Assembly (NCBI GenBank): GCA_014728035.1
Contig: WJMJ01000123.1
Span: 40,299-104,298, forward strand
Direction: 5' to 3'
Length of the DNA: 64,000 bases
Source of the DNA: Promethearchaeota archaeon
Lineage (GTDB): Archaea; Asgardarchaeota; Thorarchaeia; Thorarchaeales; Thorarchaeaceae
Shown here: in pieces, positions 1-10,697 of the stretch
How the letters are laid out: every line of letters starts with the position of its first letter
Position numbering within the stretch: the stretch's first letter is position 1
Translations under genes and position numbers: made by a program
The notes under the pieces: generated by a model
Databases searched by the model: none
Told to the model about the DNA's origin: nothing
Seen by the model: the letters and a program-made list of their open reading frames with translations, nothing else

Positions 1-2
1 GT

Positions 3-986
3 ATAGACTTGGACAGCATTCCGTTGGAATGGATACAGGCAGCAAAGGACTCTGTGATTATTCATTATGCTCATACAAGTCACGGTAGCCAAATCAATAC
101 GGGTCTGAGCCGAATAGAGTCTATTAACTCGACATATGATACTAGTGTTGGAGTCTGTTCTCTTCCAGCAACGCTAGATTCACTCTGTATATTTGATGGA
201 CAGGATAATAATTCTGGAGACAACTACATCACTCCTGACGAGTACTGGGAATCCAATGCTGGGATTGATCTGACTCAAGGCACTTTGGATGAGAATCCCA
301 CAATTAATGTATCATTGTGGTCCTGGTGTACACAATTGAATTATTACTCAGAAGGGCAAGTCGAAAATTATCTCGAAGTCATGAGTCACTTCGAAGATGC
401 GAATCCAGATGTGACCTTTGTGTATATGACTTGTAATGCTCAGGCTGGTGGTTCGGAGGGCTATAACCGATGGATAAACAATAACCTCATTCGTAATTAT
501 TGCATCCAAAATGATAAAATTCTCTTTGACTTTGCAGATCTTGATTCTTGGAGTGATGGAGAACAGAATACTTACCAATATGATGATGGAGAAAGTATTC
601 ACACCATTCCTATTGAGCATACTGATTTCAATGGCAATGAAGCTGGTCATACAACTTACTCTAGTTGTGAACAGAAAGGCAAAGCATTCTGGTGGTTAGT
701 CGCAAGTATCGCTGGGTGGAACGCTCCTGATGTTACAACTACAACCACCACTGATACGAGTACAACTGAAACAACTACAACCACCACTGATACGAGTACA
801 ACTATGCCACCATCAAGTGGAACCACATCGACAACAACAACTGCTACGACAACTTCTACCGCAGAAACTACAACAACGGTAAACTGGGATGATATACCTC
901 TTAGAAATGAAGTATTCCTTGGAGCTGGATTGTTTTTGGCTGGGCTTGTTATATTGTCTGTTCTCTACGCACGACGAAATGGATAG
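3..986 (+). CDS. Cell-surface protein, 5'-truncated: SGNH-hydrolase-like domain, Thr/Ser-rich linker and C-terminal TM anchor
   Basis: The frame is open from the window edge. Motifs HTSHGSQ and LFDFADLDS...GHT, then a TTTTTDTST linker, a hydrophobic helix and a basic tail RRNG. Confidence 0.6.
   Translation: MDLDSIPLEWIQAAKDSVIIHYAHTSHGSQINTGLSRIESINSTYDTSVGVCSLPATLDSLCIFDGQDNNSGDNYITPDEYWESNAGIDLTQGTLDENPTINVSLWSWCTQLNYYSEGQVENYLEVMSHFEDANPDVTFVYMTCNAQAGGSEGYNRWINNNLIRNYCIQNDKILFDFADLDSWSDGEQNTYQYDDGESIHTIPIEHTDFNGNEAGHTTYSSCEQKGKAFWWLVASIAGWNAPDVTTTTTTDTSTTETTTTTTDTSTTMPPSSGTTSTTTTATTTSTAETTTTVNWDDIPLRNEVFLGAGLFLAGLVILSVLYARRNG
735..803 (+). repeat. 36-bp tandem duplication encoding the Thr-rich linker
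   Basis: acaactacaaccaccactgatacgagtacaact occurs at 735 and again at 771. Confidence 0.9.
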
Positions 987-987
987 C

Positions 988-1035
988 AAAGAAAAGAAAA
1001 AGACGGCGGGAGCTCAAACCCCGCCTTATCTTTTT
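988..1035. terminator. Bidirectional hairpin terminator candidate between convergent genes
   Basis: ggcggg/cccgcc stem flanked by an A-tract and a T-tract. Confidence 0.55.
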
Positions 1036-1043
1036 GTTAGAAT

Positions 1044-2288
1044 TTAGGCTTCATCATCTACTTCGATAGGTGATATGGAGTCAGTATGTCCATGTGCTTC
1101 TGGTAGGAAATAGGTGCCAATGCATGCTATGGAAATGAAGATTACCACTAGGATTCCTAGTCCCACAATCAATCCCCATGTATCATAGAAGAACTGTCCT
1201 GCTAATGGACCTATTATCATTCCTGAACCAAAGAAGATGCTGTAGACTCCCATTGTACTTCCTCGTGCATCAGCCTCGGAAATATCAGTTAGATACGCCA
1301 TTGCAGCTGGAGGAAAGCCTCCCGCAACAAATCCAAGTACAGGTAGAAGTGGCCAGACACTCCACAACTGTTCAAAATGTTCTGCATTTGCAACTAGAAG
1401 GAAAGCCAATACCCCTAATGCAATCAGTCCAGAAACAATGAATGGACGCCGTTTTCTCAAGTGGTCTGAGAGGTGTCCCATGATGATAATACCAAGAACC
1501 AGTGAACCTCCAAGCATTGCGAAGAGTATCAGTATATCGGTTGCCTCAAGACTGAAATGGGTTTCAAGAATGTGTTCAGCTTTAGAAATCACGAGCCCAT
1601 AAAGTGAGATGATTGGGACATAAACAGGAATCATTTTTTGAATTCTTTTGTCTTTTGCAACTTTGCTAAGTAATTCAATTATACTGGCTTCCTGTGTTGT
1701 TTCACATCTAGTCTCCTTGATGACAAGATATGCTATAACTCCAGCAATGGCACAAGCAATAGAAGCAGCGATGAGAATAAGATTCACATTGAATCCAAAC
1801 TGAATGAGAATCATTCCAAGTCCATATCCACCAGCAAGCCCCATCAAAGTTGATAGGTCATAATACCCCATCAATCTAGCTCTGTCGTCCTCTCCAGAAC
1901 AGTCTGCTATTATTGAGAGTGTAGTTGTTACCTTCGATGCTGCACCAATTCCAAAAAGTGCTGCAAATACAAATGCTAGAATAGCAAGTGGAGATATTGC
2001 AAATAGAAAAGCTGCAATTGCCGTGATGAATAGGCTTGCAACTAAGATTGGTTTTCTTCCTATTTTATCACTGTACGATCCGAAGAACGAAACTGTACTC
2101 AGTTCAGCCAATGGATAGATTGCTAATACCATTGAAGCTCCCCAACCTACAAGTTCGCCACCCATGTAGAAATTACTCTGAATGACTGCAATTGTAGCAT
2201 AGAAAGCAGCTCGCATGACCAAAGTCACAAAATATAATGTAATCAAAGTCCATTTGTTTTCGGAAGCTCTCAAGCCCATTATTTTCAC
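1044..2288 (-). CDS. MFS transporter
   Basis: About 12 TM segments. Motif A GSYSDKIGRKP and its repeat GHLSDHLRKRRP. Confidence 0.9.
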   Translation of the reverse strand: MKIMGLRASENKWTLITLYFVTLVMRAAFYATIAVIQSNFYMGGELVGWGASMVLAIYPLAELSTVSFFGSYSDKIGRKPILVASLFITAIAAFLFAISPLAILAFVFAALFGIGAASKVTTTLSIIADCSGEDDRARLMGYYDLSTLMGLAGGYGLGMILIQFGFNVNLILIAASIACAIAGVIAYLVIKETRCETTQEASIIELLSKVAKDKRIQKMIPVYVPIISLYGLVISKAEHILETHFSLEATDILILFAMLGGSLVLGIIIMGHLSDHLRKRRPFIVSGLIALGVLAFLLVANAEHFEQLWSVWPLLPVLGFVAGGFPPAAMAYLTDISEADARGSTMGVYSIFFGSGMIIGPLAGQFFYDTWGLIVGLGILVVIFISIACIGTYFLPEAHGHTDSISPIEVDDEA

Positions 2289-2348
2289 CTTGATGTTAGC
2301 ACTGACCTTACATTACGCTTTATAAGGCTCTCCCCATACCTGTTAGGT

Positions 2349-2690
2349 ATGTCAGACGGAACAACTGAATTTGTCTATCTTCAGCTCTATAGATTACGAA
2401 CTATGACGGACGAAGAGAAACACCAGTGGTTCAAAGATTGGGCTGAGATAAGAAAGAACCTCCCTAAAGGAGTGAAGATAGTGACTGAGGCTGGCAATGC
2501 ATTCGGAACTCCCTTTACTGGATTCACGGTTTATGAAGGCCCACTAGAAAAATTTGAAGAGTTAACAGAAATACTTCAGAAAAAATCAGGTCACATCGTT
2601 GAACGATCGATGACGATAATGGGAACGAAGGGATTCACTCTGCCAAGTGCTAGTATCGAGAAGATTCTTTCAACTCGGCCGATAGATTAG
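2349..2690 (+). CDS. Hypothetical small alpha/beta protein (GYD/dimeric-barrel-like), paralogue of 48187-48492
   Basis: Clean ORF. Shares the pattern YR..M...E....W......PK...IV......AxGT.xxGF.V.E with the paralogue. Confidence 0.55.
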   Translation: MSDGTTEFVYLQLYRLRTMTDEEKHQWFKDWAEIRKNLPKGVKIVTEAGNAFGTPFTGFTVYEGPLEKFEELTEILQKKSGHIVERSMTIMGTKGFTLPSASIEKILSTRPID

Positions 2691-2767
2691 ATTCTCGTTG
2701 CCGCAGTACCTCAGTTTTTTAACTATCTCTTTAAGGACCAGATACAGCAGAATTGAGAGTGCCATTC

Positions 2768-4531
2768 ATGACTGACGAGATTCCTAAAAAGACCGTTATT
2801 GTGCTGATAATCTCAGTTGTTGCTGGGTTGGTTTTGTATACCTATGCCCCTCCGTCAATTGAACCTGGTGCATATTCAGCAACACTTCACATCGAGTCAG
2901 AAGGGATTTCACTTCAGGATACATATTCTGTAGAATTTGCTGAAGGAATATCTTCAGAAGAACTCATGTTTTCATATAGTGGCACTTCTTCCAACATTAC
3001 TATAACGATAACTGAAAAGGTGAATATTGCTCCATCAAGTGAATTAGTAATTGTTGTTCATGTAATTGGTGATCCTCTTGACGCTGAGGACATTCATGTT
3101 ATCTTGGAAAATAATGATGGATTCTATCAAACTTTGCGACCCACAAAGCAAGATGGACAGACATTTACAATAGCATATCAGCCGCTTGTTAAATCGAATT
3201 ATGCAGTAATGATTCTTGGTGTAGTTGCCATTCTTTGGTTTTCAGAAGGAATAAGTTTGGTTGCAACATCAATACTGATACCAGTTATGATTGTGTTAGC
3301 AGATATCAGAACACCGAAAGAAGCTCTTTTGCCCTTTTTTGATCCTGCTGTAGCACTGATTTTTGGTGGCTTTCTGATTGGTCGAGCTCTTACGAAATAT
3401 GAATTAGATAAGCGACTTGCTTTGCTAATTCTGTCAAGAAGTGCTGGGTCTGGATCATCCCTGCTTCTGACTGTAATGGGTGTTACTGCTTTTCTCTCAA
3501 TGTGGATTAGTAATACAGCGTCGGCTGCAATAATGATCCCTATTGCGTTAGCAGTAATATCGAAGATTCGAAGTGATAATGTAAGAGACAAATATGGGAA
3601 GGCATTGGTACTTGGAGTTGCTTATTCTGCAACCTTGGGGGGTGTTGCCAGCTTGGTGGGATCGCCGCCGAACCCTCTAGCTGCCACTTACATCAAGTCA
3701 TTTCTTGGTATTGAATTCTCATTCGTTAGCTGGATACCCTTTGGCTTACCAGTAGTTCTCATCATGCTACCAATTATCTGGAGATATATCATATTCCGTT
3801 TCAAACTACCAAAAGACATCGAGGAGATGCGTGAGCTCAAACATATTTCTCTAAACGAGTATCTGCGTCTTGGTCCAATGACTAACCAGCAAAAAATTGT
3901 TGTTCTGGTATTTTCAAGTGTAATTGTACTATGGCTTACAGAACAATTACCCGATGTCGTGTCCAACTTGATAGGATGGTCTGGGCATGGAATTTCAAGT
4001 TCCATTGTTGCATTACTGGGTGGATTATCTCTATTGGTTCTTAAGTTGCTTGATGAGAAAGACGTATCATCAGAAATCAGCTGGTCATCACTATTGATTC
4101 TAGGTTCAGGGATTGCTTTGGGTGGTGCAATGATTGATACAGGACTTTCAACATTTTTAGCTTTTCAGATGGGAGGCCTTGGAGTATTGCCATCTTTGGC
4201 GGTTGTTGTCATTATTGGGATAATTGCGGTACTGGTTACCATGGTAGCATCCAATACTGGAGCTGCTGTCATCTTGATTCCAATCGCAATACCTCTTGCC
4301 ACTGGACTTGGTATCGATCCATTGCTCATCACGATGGTTATAGCTATAGCTGTATCGATGGACTTCGCACTACCAACAGGAACTCCTCCCTCAACAATTG
4401 CCTATAGCACAGGAAAACTAGAAATTCGTGAAATGATATCTACTGGATTGGTAGTAGATTTGATTTCAGTACTAGTAGTTACAATAATTGCTGTGTGGTT
4501 GTGGTCACTCTTTGGACTTGTAGTCTTATAG
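2768..4531 (+). CDS. DASS/SLC13 family Na+-coupled anion symporter
   Basis: SMWISNTASAA, SNTGAAVILIP and FALPTGTPPS motifs; many TM helices. Confidence 0.9.
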   Translation: MTDEIPKKTVIVLIISVVAGLVLYTYAPPSIEPGAYSATLHIESEGISLQDTYSVEFAEGISSEELMFSYSGTSSNITITITEKVNIAPSSELVIVVHVIGDPLDAEDIHVILENNDGFYQTLRPTKQDGQTFTIAYQPLVKSNYAVMILGVVAILWFSEGISLVATSILIPVMIVLADIRTPKEALLPFFDPAVALIFGGFLIGRALTKYELDKRLALLILSRSAGSGSSLLLTVMGVTAFLSMWISNTASAAIMIPIALAVISKIRSDNVRDKYGKALVLGVAYSATLGGVASLVGSPPNPLAATYIKSFLGIEFSFVSWIPFGLPVVLIMLPIIWRYIIFRFKLPKDIEEMRELKHISLNEYLRLGPMTNQQKIVVLVFSSVIVLWLTEQLPDVVSNLIGWSGHGISSSIVALLGGLSLLVLKLLDEKDVSSEISWSSLLILGSGIALGGAMIDTGLSTFLAFQMGGLGVLPSLAVVVIIGIIAVLVTMVASNTGAAVILIPIAIPLATGLGIDPLLITMVIAIAVSMDFALPTGTPPSTIAYSTGKLEIREMISTGLVVDLISVLVVTIIAVWLWSLFGLVVL

Positions 4532-4591
4532 TGTTGATTCACGACAGCTTTAAATCAAATAGTAAACCGAGTTAGACCGAGTTGAATAGGC

Positions 4592-5353
4592 ATGAATTGG
4601 ATAGCAAAGATAATTCACGGAAAAGCTGATGAATTTGCTCACGCTAGATTAGTGAAGTTCGGAATGGGTCAACACATTGGTCCACGTGCAGAATTGAGAA
4701 TCACATCTTCCAGAATTACTTTCAAAGTAGATATGGACCTTGAAAAAGCAATGCTCGAGACCTATCTAAGAACTGGACCTGAAGGGTCACATAAAGTAAA
4801 GGGTAGTATTATCACATATGAAGATAGAAGAGAGGAGTTTGCTGCTCTGAACATGCCTCTTGAATTCAAGAAGAAAAAGAAGAAGGGTGGTGCTTTCACA
4901 TTTCAAGCAAAATTCAATGAACAAGCACCAAAAGAGGATATTCATGCATTGCTCAAAATTGCTGACTCTGAGACCTTCTATCTTATGAATTTGAGTCCGA
5001 AGCCTGCGAAGCAGCCATGGAAGCTCACGACGAAATCTCGTCCACAAAAACCAATTGCTGAATTAGAAGATGCCAAAGCTCCTAACTTTTGCACTGGTGC
5101 ATTCGATAATACTGATGAAGTGAAGGAAACTCTTTTTGAGGAATTATTTCCTGATGCGAAGGATAAAGTCACAGAAGATGCAAAATCCATCAAGATTCTG
5201 AATATGCTACATATTGAGGAAATTGAGATTCCCAAAGATCCGAATATGTCATTTAAAGAGAAACGAAAGCAAGCTAAGAAACGTGGAAAGTTAGTTAGAA
5301 CTGTTGATATCGATGGGGAAGAGCATACTTTCGAATACGAGTTCTTTGTCTAA
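4592..5353 (+). CDS. Conserved archaeal hypothetical protein (basic)
   Basis: 253-aa ORF, Lys-rich, C-terminal AKKRGKLVRTVDIDG. Confidence 0.6.
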   Translation: MNWIAKIIHGKADEFAHARLVKFGMGQHIGPRAELRITSSRITFKVDMDLEKAMLETYLRTGPEGSHKVKGSIITYEDRREEFAALNMPLEFKKKKKKGGAFTFQAKFNEQAPKEDIHALLKIADSETFYLMNLSPKPAKQPWKLTTKSRPQKPIAELEDAKAPNFCTGAFDNTDEVKETLFEELFPDAKDKVTEDAKSIKILNMLHIEEIEIPKDPNMSFKEKRKQAKKRGKLVRTVDIDGEEHTFEYEFFV

Positions 5354-5432
5354 TGCAAAAGCTGAACGACCGTGATGTTTAAATTGACTAGTCATTGGGA
5401 GAATTAACTACCGGACAAAAGAGGAATCATAA

Positions 5433-5636
5433 ATGCTTCAGATTATTGTTGAAACTCTGTATATCTACTTTGCAGCAGCCTTCATCCTATTTGGGATGAT
5501 GGCCTTCGGATGGCTTATTATTCATGTTGAACACGGTCGTCATCTCTCTCTCCCAAGAGTAATAATGTCCGGTATCTTCGCAGCCATCTTCCTTGGTTTC
5601 GGTCTTCATTTCCTCCTCCTTTCATTCATATTGTAA
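5433..5636 (+). CDS. Small 2-TM membrane protein
   Basis: GAGGA ribosome-binding site upstream; two hydrophobic helices around IHVEHGRH. Confidence 0.65.
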   Translation: MLQIIVETLYIYFAAAFILFGMMAFGWLIIHVEHGRHLSLPRVIMSGIFAAIFLGFGLHFLLLSFIL

Positions 5637-5715
5637 TTTAGGATTCTCTCATTCTATCTATTATATGGATGATTTTTAGAAAGAGTACACACAATAAACA
5701 TATTTTATCATAATA

Positions 5716-5766
5716 GGATACTCAAGCATGACTCATACGAGTCAAATTCAGGATAGAGGAGTATCC
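5716..5766 (+). promoter_or_regulatory. Nested inverted repeats upstream of the 5768 operon
   Basis: tgactc-atac-gagtca (5729-5744) lies inside ggatactc...gagtatcc. TATA-like ttttatca at 5703. Confidence 0.35.
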
Positions 5767-5767
5767 A

Positions 5768-6955
5768 TTGCAAACTGATACAGACCTTGAGAAAATTGCA
5801 GTTTCGAGTAGAAAGCGACTCACTAGAGAATTTGCTGAAAAATACACGAATTTGCAGGAGCGTTCACGAAGAATTCCAATTTCTGATGTGAAACAGATAG
5901 CAGAAGATTTCTCATGTCCACTACAGATTGCAATGATTTCTTATTTGGTTAATCTTGATGGTATTATTTCACTTAAAGAGGCTATACTCTATCTGATGAC
6001 TGAATTGAATCGACGAGCCTCTGTTGGTGTAGAGGTGCCCAACATTCCTGGGAATATCATGGAGTTCGCTTTGCTGGAGGGGCGCTGGCTCGTTTATGTT
6101 TACGGAACTTTCATTCGTGATTTTGAGTTTAAGATGCGCGAATTAGCTAACCTTGAAGGGGCTATTGATGAGACCAATATATCCTTAGAAAAGGCAATAC
6201 ATGTCAATGCATCTAGAACAAAACTAGCTGAAGGATATCTTGCTCCAGTTGTTGAGGCATGGATTAAAGACCATCCTAATTCCAATAGTGAAAATGCATT
6301 GATGTTCTTGGGTCCTGCAATCACAAAATGGAAAATTGCCACACTAAAAGGACGCGTTCTTCACCTCCGTAGGCGTTGTCAAGCATTATTCAGGGTTCTA
6401 AGAAAAGCAATGGATGGACCATCAGAATCTGCAACTATTGATGTTTCATTGAAAAGAATCGACCAACTTATACAAGACTTGGATTCTGAATTGAATAGCA
6501 TGCCCATTCGCGCTCTCTCTCATCTTCTTTTACATATTGCACCGAAGCCTACTGGACGAGGTGACAAGTCCTCATTTGTTGAAGTAGGTGCTGGATCGAC
6601 AAGAGGTGGAAAAAGTGAGCCTGATATGGTATCGCCTTTTGACTTTCTAGAACGAGATGTGTATTTAGCAAAAAGGAGAACAAAGGAAGAACGGATGAAT
6701 TATCTCACAGAGAGAATTGACCGGGTTGTACGCGTTTTGCTATATCAGGGAACACCACTCATTAATTGTGTGATGATGTGTGTCAAAGAAATGAACGAAC
6801 GATTGAAAATAGCTAATCCGCCTCTTGAGGAATTGGAGGATAAGTTCGAACAAAAATTGAATGATTTACCATCCGATCAACGGAACGCATTAGCTGTAGA
6901 ACTAATTTATGATTATATCAATGAATATGTATACGAGGAAACGAAAGTTGATTGA
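5768..6955 (+). CDS. Hypothetical alpha-helical protein
   Basis: 395-aa ORF with GAGGAG RBS; no recognised family. Confidence 0.65.
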   Translation: MQTDTDLEKIAVSSRKRLTREFAEKYTNLQERSRRIPISDVKQIAEDFSCPLQIAMISYLVNLDGIISLKEAILYLMTELNRRASVGVEVPNIPGNIMEFALLEGRWLVYVYGTFIRDFEFKMRELANLEGAIDETNISLEKAIHVNASRTKLAEGYLAPVVEAWIKDHPNSNSENALMFLGPAITKWKIATLKGRVLHLRRRCQALFRVLRKAMDGPSESATIDVSLKRIDQLIQDLDSELNSMPIRALSHLLLHIAPKPTGRGDKSSFVEVGAGSTRGGKSEPDMVSPFDFLERDVYLAKRRTKEERMNYLTERIDRVVRVLLYQGTPLINCVMMCVKEMNERLKIANPPLEELEDKFEQKLNDLPSDQRNALAVELIYDYINEYVYEETKVD

Positions 6956-7721
6956 TAGTGCTCCACTCTACTGGTTACTTGATGTTGAATCCTTTGATTA
7001 TGATGTTGGGATTTTTCGTGATGCTGATCTGTCTGGAAAAGCATTGATTATTTCCCGGCAGTTGTGGTCTCTTCTCAGAGGATCTACTGTGATTTCTGGT
7101 CTAATAGGTCCTGGAATCTTTAAGGGTGTGGCAGAAAGTGGTAATCGTCGAATGGACATCATGAAACCTATTTGTGCACTGCTGTTTGATCCTACCGAAC
7201 TTAGAATGGACGAACCCGTACCAGCGGTCGATATCATCAATCCCGAGGTAATAGACCCTCTTGGATCTGTTGAAGAAGAAGAGATTGTTACAGTTTTACG
7301 AGAATTAGTTCTAGAGAAAGGTAACGTATTAGCCGAGAGCCCAGTTGCAAAGATCAAGGGTGACACATCAGTTCCTCGAACTATTCACTATAGAGAAATG
7401 GTAAAAAAGATCAGAGTATCTCATGTTTCTGGAGTTATGCGGGCTAAATTCATTCTTGGTGGTGCAAATGGACCAATGTACAAGAAACTAGTCACTACTT
7501 TTGAATCACGTGGATATATGAATCCAGAACGTCTTGAGGTAATGGCAACAAATGAACGTGTATTCAATAGATTCACAGATGAAGAAGCTATGGGTGAATG
7601 GATGATTGTTGAACGGTCCGGTTTTGATACATCTGTCGGAATTGATGCTTTCCGTGCAGAATATGACGAAACTTTGAAAGTAATCAAGAAAAATGTTGAT
7701 GAGTTCATCTATGAGATATGA
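6948..7721 (+). CDS. Hypothetical protein
   Basis: Likely TTG start overlapping the upstream stop, with GAGGA RBS. Confidence 0.6.
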   Translation: MIDSAPLYWLLDVESFDYDVGIFRDADLSGKALIISRQLWSLLRGSTVISGLIGPGIFKGVAESGNRRMDIMKPICALLFDPTELRMDEPVPAVDIINPEVIDPLGSVEEEEIVTVLRELVLEKGNVLAESPVAKIKGDTSVPRTIHYREMVKKIRVSHVSGVMRAKFILGGANGPMYKKLVTTFESRGYMNPERLEVMATNERVFNRFTDEEAMGEWMIVERSGFDTSVGIDAFRAEYDETLKVIKKNVDEFIYEI

Positions 7722-7737
7722 ATAGACCAAAAGAGTT

Positions 7738-10425
7738 TTGCAGAGTAATTTTCTCGCTTGCAAGAGGCCCATTACAGTGGAGGTTGCAGATGCTGATATT
7801 CAGAGGCGGCTTGCCAAACCATATTCTCTTGTACTACGTGATGCTAGGCAAGAAATGAGTGCAACTATCGAGCTCTTTTCTGATGTATTAAGAGACCGTC
7901 AGCGTCGCTATCTTGGTGGAATGATTGAATTTGGTAGAAAAGGAAATGGATTACTAGAAGTACGTCGAATGTGGTTTGTGAAATATAACAAACCAGTATA
8001 TTTTCAGCCAAAGGAAGTCCATCAAATTCTTAGAAAAGCTAAACACATATTGGTGCCAAAGAAGCATAAACCTCCTTTCATGCGAGACCTACAGGATTTT
8101 CTAAAAAGAATGCAAGCACGAAAAGCTCGTGTAATCCCAGTTTGCGAAAGCTGTATTCGAAATGATCGTCTTACTATTCTCTCAAAAAGAAATGTTGTCA
8201 AAGTTTCTACAAATGAGGTTGCATGTCTTTCGTGTGCACGTTCGGATATGCATATAGACCTAAAATCAATAGGTGCTAAACTCTCAAAACCTATGCTAAG
8301 ATATATGGACCATCAACTCTCTCGTGTCAAATCTGTTACAGAAGTTGTTGAATTACTAAAACCTGGCTTTGACCCAGTCTATAATTCTGAAATAACGATG
8401 TATGATGAGTTACAAGCTGGCAAGCTTGTTGAAGGTCGTAGTATAGATGACCTTGATATTCCTGATAAGCTCAAAGACATTCTAAAAGAAGATGGATTGA
8501 AGCAACTCCTTCCTGTTCAGGAACTAGTAGTGGAAGCTGGATTATTGAAGGGAGAAGACCTGCTTATTGTATCATCCACTTCATCAGGAAAAACACTTCT
8601 TGGAGAGCTTGCAGGGATACCACAAGCACTTGAAGGTAAGAAGTTAATTTATCTTTCACCACTAGTTGCTCTTACCAATGAGAAATACAATGCATTTCGA
8701 AAACGTTACAAAAAATTGGGGCTTCGCGTTGGTATCCGAGTAGGTATGTCTCGAATTGATATTGGAAAAGATGGAAAGGTAATAGTTGATACTGATGTTA
8801 GAAAAGCACAGGTTATTTGTGCAACTTATGAAGCTCTGGATCTTCTATTCCGATCTGGTGAAAATAAGCAGATTGGAGATATTGGTACCATCATTGTTGA
8901 TGAAATCCAGAATCTAGCTGAAGAAGAACGAGGACCCGAATTAGATGGGTTGTTAGCTAGAATGCGGTTCCATTACCCGAAAGCACAAGTTCTTGCTCTT
9001 TCAGCTACAGTCGGGTCTCCAGAGCAATTAGCCAAGGAACTTAAACTCAAACTTGTTGAATATCATGGGAGACCTGTTCCCCTAGAACGACATCTAGTTT
9101 TCGCTCGAAATGATGAGGATAAGAGAAGAATCATTCGTCGTCTTGTGGATGCAGAGTTCAGAACTAAGAGTAGCTCAGGCAACAAAGGGCAATCAATTAT
9201 TTTCACATTTTCTCGACGACGAGCTCATTCTATAAGCGATTGGTTACGTGAACATGGAATTCGTAGCGCTGTGTATCACGGTGGGCTGTCTTATAACAAG
9301 CGAAGAAGTGTAGAGTATTCATATGCAAAACAGAGGTATCCGTGTGTCGTCACAACTGCTGCATTGGGTGCAGGGGTTGACCTTCCTGCATCTCAGGTTA
9401 TATTCGAATCTCTGGCTATGGGTGCAGATTGGATTTCTACTGCTGAGTTTGAACAAATGCTTGGTAGAGCTGGTAGACTCGGTAAACACGATAGAGGACG
9501 TGTATACTTGATAGTACAGCCTGAACGGAAGTATCATGGAGGGCAAGATAAATACGAGGACGAGATAGCAACTGAACTCCTAGCTGGCGATATTGAGAAT
9601 GTTGAACCATTTGCTGATACAGAACGATGTGCAGAACAGATACTTGCAACGATTTGTTCAACAGGATTGACTGAACTAAAATCAGTTGCCAGATTTTACA
9701 AGCAAATGCTATCAGCTACAGTTCCTCCTTCCGATGCACTCAAACATTTAGTTCGAACTCATATGATTCGAGTCAGAGAGGGTGGAGCTCATCCTACCGA
9801 CCTTGGAAAAGCCACCTCTATTTCCTTCTTAACGCCATCAGAAGGATTTGATGTTGCAAAGCACGTCAAAACTATGGATACACTTGAAATCGCAATCAAG
9901 TTATCTCCTTTTGAAAATGCATATCTTAGCAATAAATTACAGCAGGAGGTTAATGCAGCTTTTAAGACATATATGCCAACACGTCTTTTCTCTGGTGTTT
10001 TTTCTGATATTAGCAATGTAGGAACTCCTGGTACTGGTGCATCTCGATTGCCTCCTTGGGTCTTCAGTATATTTGGAAAATGGGCTCAGACATTCTTCAA
10101 ATGTGAATGCAAAATGTATCCCGATTGTGACCATGGGAAAATAGAATTTGGAAAGTGGGTAGTTGAAAGACGCAAGGAAGGTCTCAACCCAACTGGAATT
10201 GCAAGAGAATTACGAAAGGAATTTGAAATATGGGTTTATCCTGGAGATATATTCTCTTGGCTCGATTCCTTAATCCATCACCTGAAAGCGGTGCAACGTG
10301 TAGCAAAGGTTGCTGGTGAAACGGATATCAACGAAGAAATAGAAGAACAGATTGCTAGGATTGAGAAACCCAAACAAGAATCTGACAAAAAGCAAGAAAC
10401 TGAACAGAAAGAAGAAACAGAGTGA
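7738..10425 (+). CDS. SF2 DEAD/DEAH-box helicase, archaea-specific Ski2-like (ASH type) with Cys-rich N- and C-terminal domains
   Basis: Q motif LLPVQ, Walker A SSTSSGKT, DEIQ, LSAT, QMLGRAGR, C-terminal CECKMYPDCDHG. Confidence 0.9.
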   Translation: MQSNFLACKRPITVEVADADIQRRLAKPYSLVLRDARQEMSATIELFSDVLRDRQRRYLGGMIEFGRKGNGLLEVRRMWFVKYNKPVYFQPKEVHQILRKAKHILVPKKHKPPFMRDLQDFLKRMQARKARVIPVCESCIRNDRLTILSKRNVVKVSTNEVACLSCARSDMHIDLKSIGAKLSKPMLRYMDHQLSRVKSVTEVVELLKPGFDPVYNSEITMYDELQAGKLVEGRSIDDLDIPDKLKDILKEDGLKQLLPVQELVVEAGLLKGEDLLIVSSTSSGKTLLGELAGIPQALEGKKLIYLSPLVALTNEKYNAFRKRYKKLGLRVGIRVGMSRIDIGKDGKVIVDTDVRKAQVICATYEALDLLFRSGENKQIGDIGTIIVDEIQNLAEEERGPELDGLLARMRFHYPKAQVLALSATVGSPEQLAKELKLKLVEYHGRPVPLERHLVFARNDEDKRRIIRRLVDAEFRTKSSSGNKGQSIIFTFSRRRAHSISDWLREHGIRSAVYHGGLSYNKRRSVEYSYAKQRYPCVVTTAALGAGVDLPASQVIFESLAMGADWISTAEFEQMLGRAGRLGKHDRGRVYLIVQPERKYHGGQDKYEDEIATELLAGDIENVEPFADTERCAEQILATICSTGLTELKSVARFYKQMLSATVPPSDALKHLVRTHMIRVREGGAHPTDLGKATSISFLTPSEGFDVAKHVKTMDTLEIAIKLSPFENAYLSNKLQQEVNAAFKTYMPTRLFSGVFSDISNVGTPGTGASRLPPWVFSIFGKWAQTFFKCECKMYPDCDHGKIEFGKWVVERRKEGLNPTGIARELRKEFEIWVYPGDIFSWLDSLIHHLKAVQRVAKVAGETDINEEIEEQIARIEKPKQESDKKQETEQKEETE

Positions 10426-10436
10426 TTTTTTTAAAA

Positions 10437-10697
10437 TCACTCCTCTGTTTCAAAACGAACACGAATATTATAGACCTGATCTGGAGTTAGTGCATCAAGA
10501 TTCACATCTATCCAATTGTGAAGGTCTTGTCGAATCATCTCTTTTGTGGGTAAACCACTTGTCATTCCAATAGGTTCCTGTTCAACTAACTGAAAGCTTG
10601 TACATCCACATGGACAAGCTCCATCAAGGACCATATCGATATCGGCAGAGGTATTACCACAATTTCTGCATTTGAATATCATTGTCAATCTCTCCAT
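10437..10697 (-). CDS. Zn-ribbon protein (OapC/DUF2072-like)
   Basis: CRNCG...GACPCGCTSF. Confidence 0.6.
   Translation of the reverse strand: MERLTMIFKCRNCGNTSADIDMVLDGACPCGCTSFQLVEQEPIGMTSGLPTKEMIRQDLHNWIDVNLDALTPDQVYNIRVRFETEE

Noticed and set aside
735-870. Repeats that might suggest a CRISPR or VNTR locus
   Set aside because: In-frame Thr-rich linker codons with no repeat-spacer structure.
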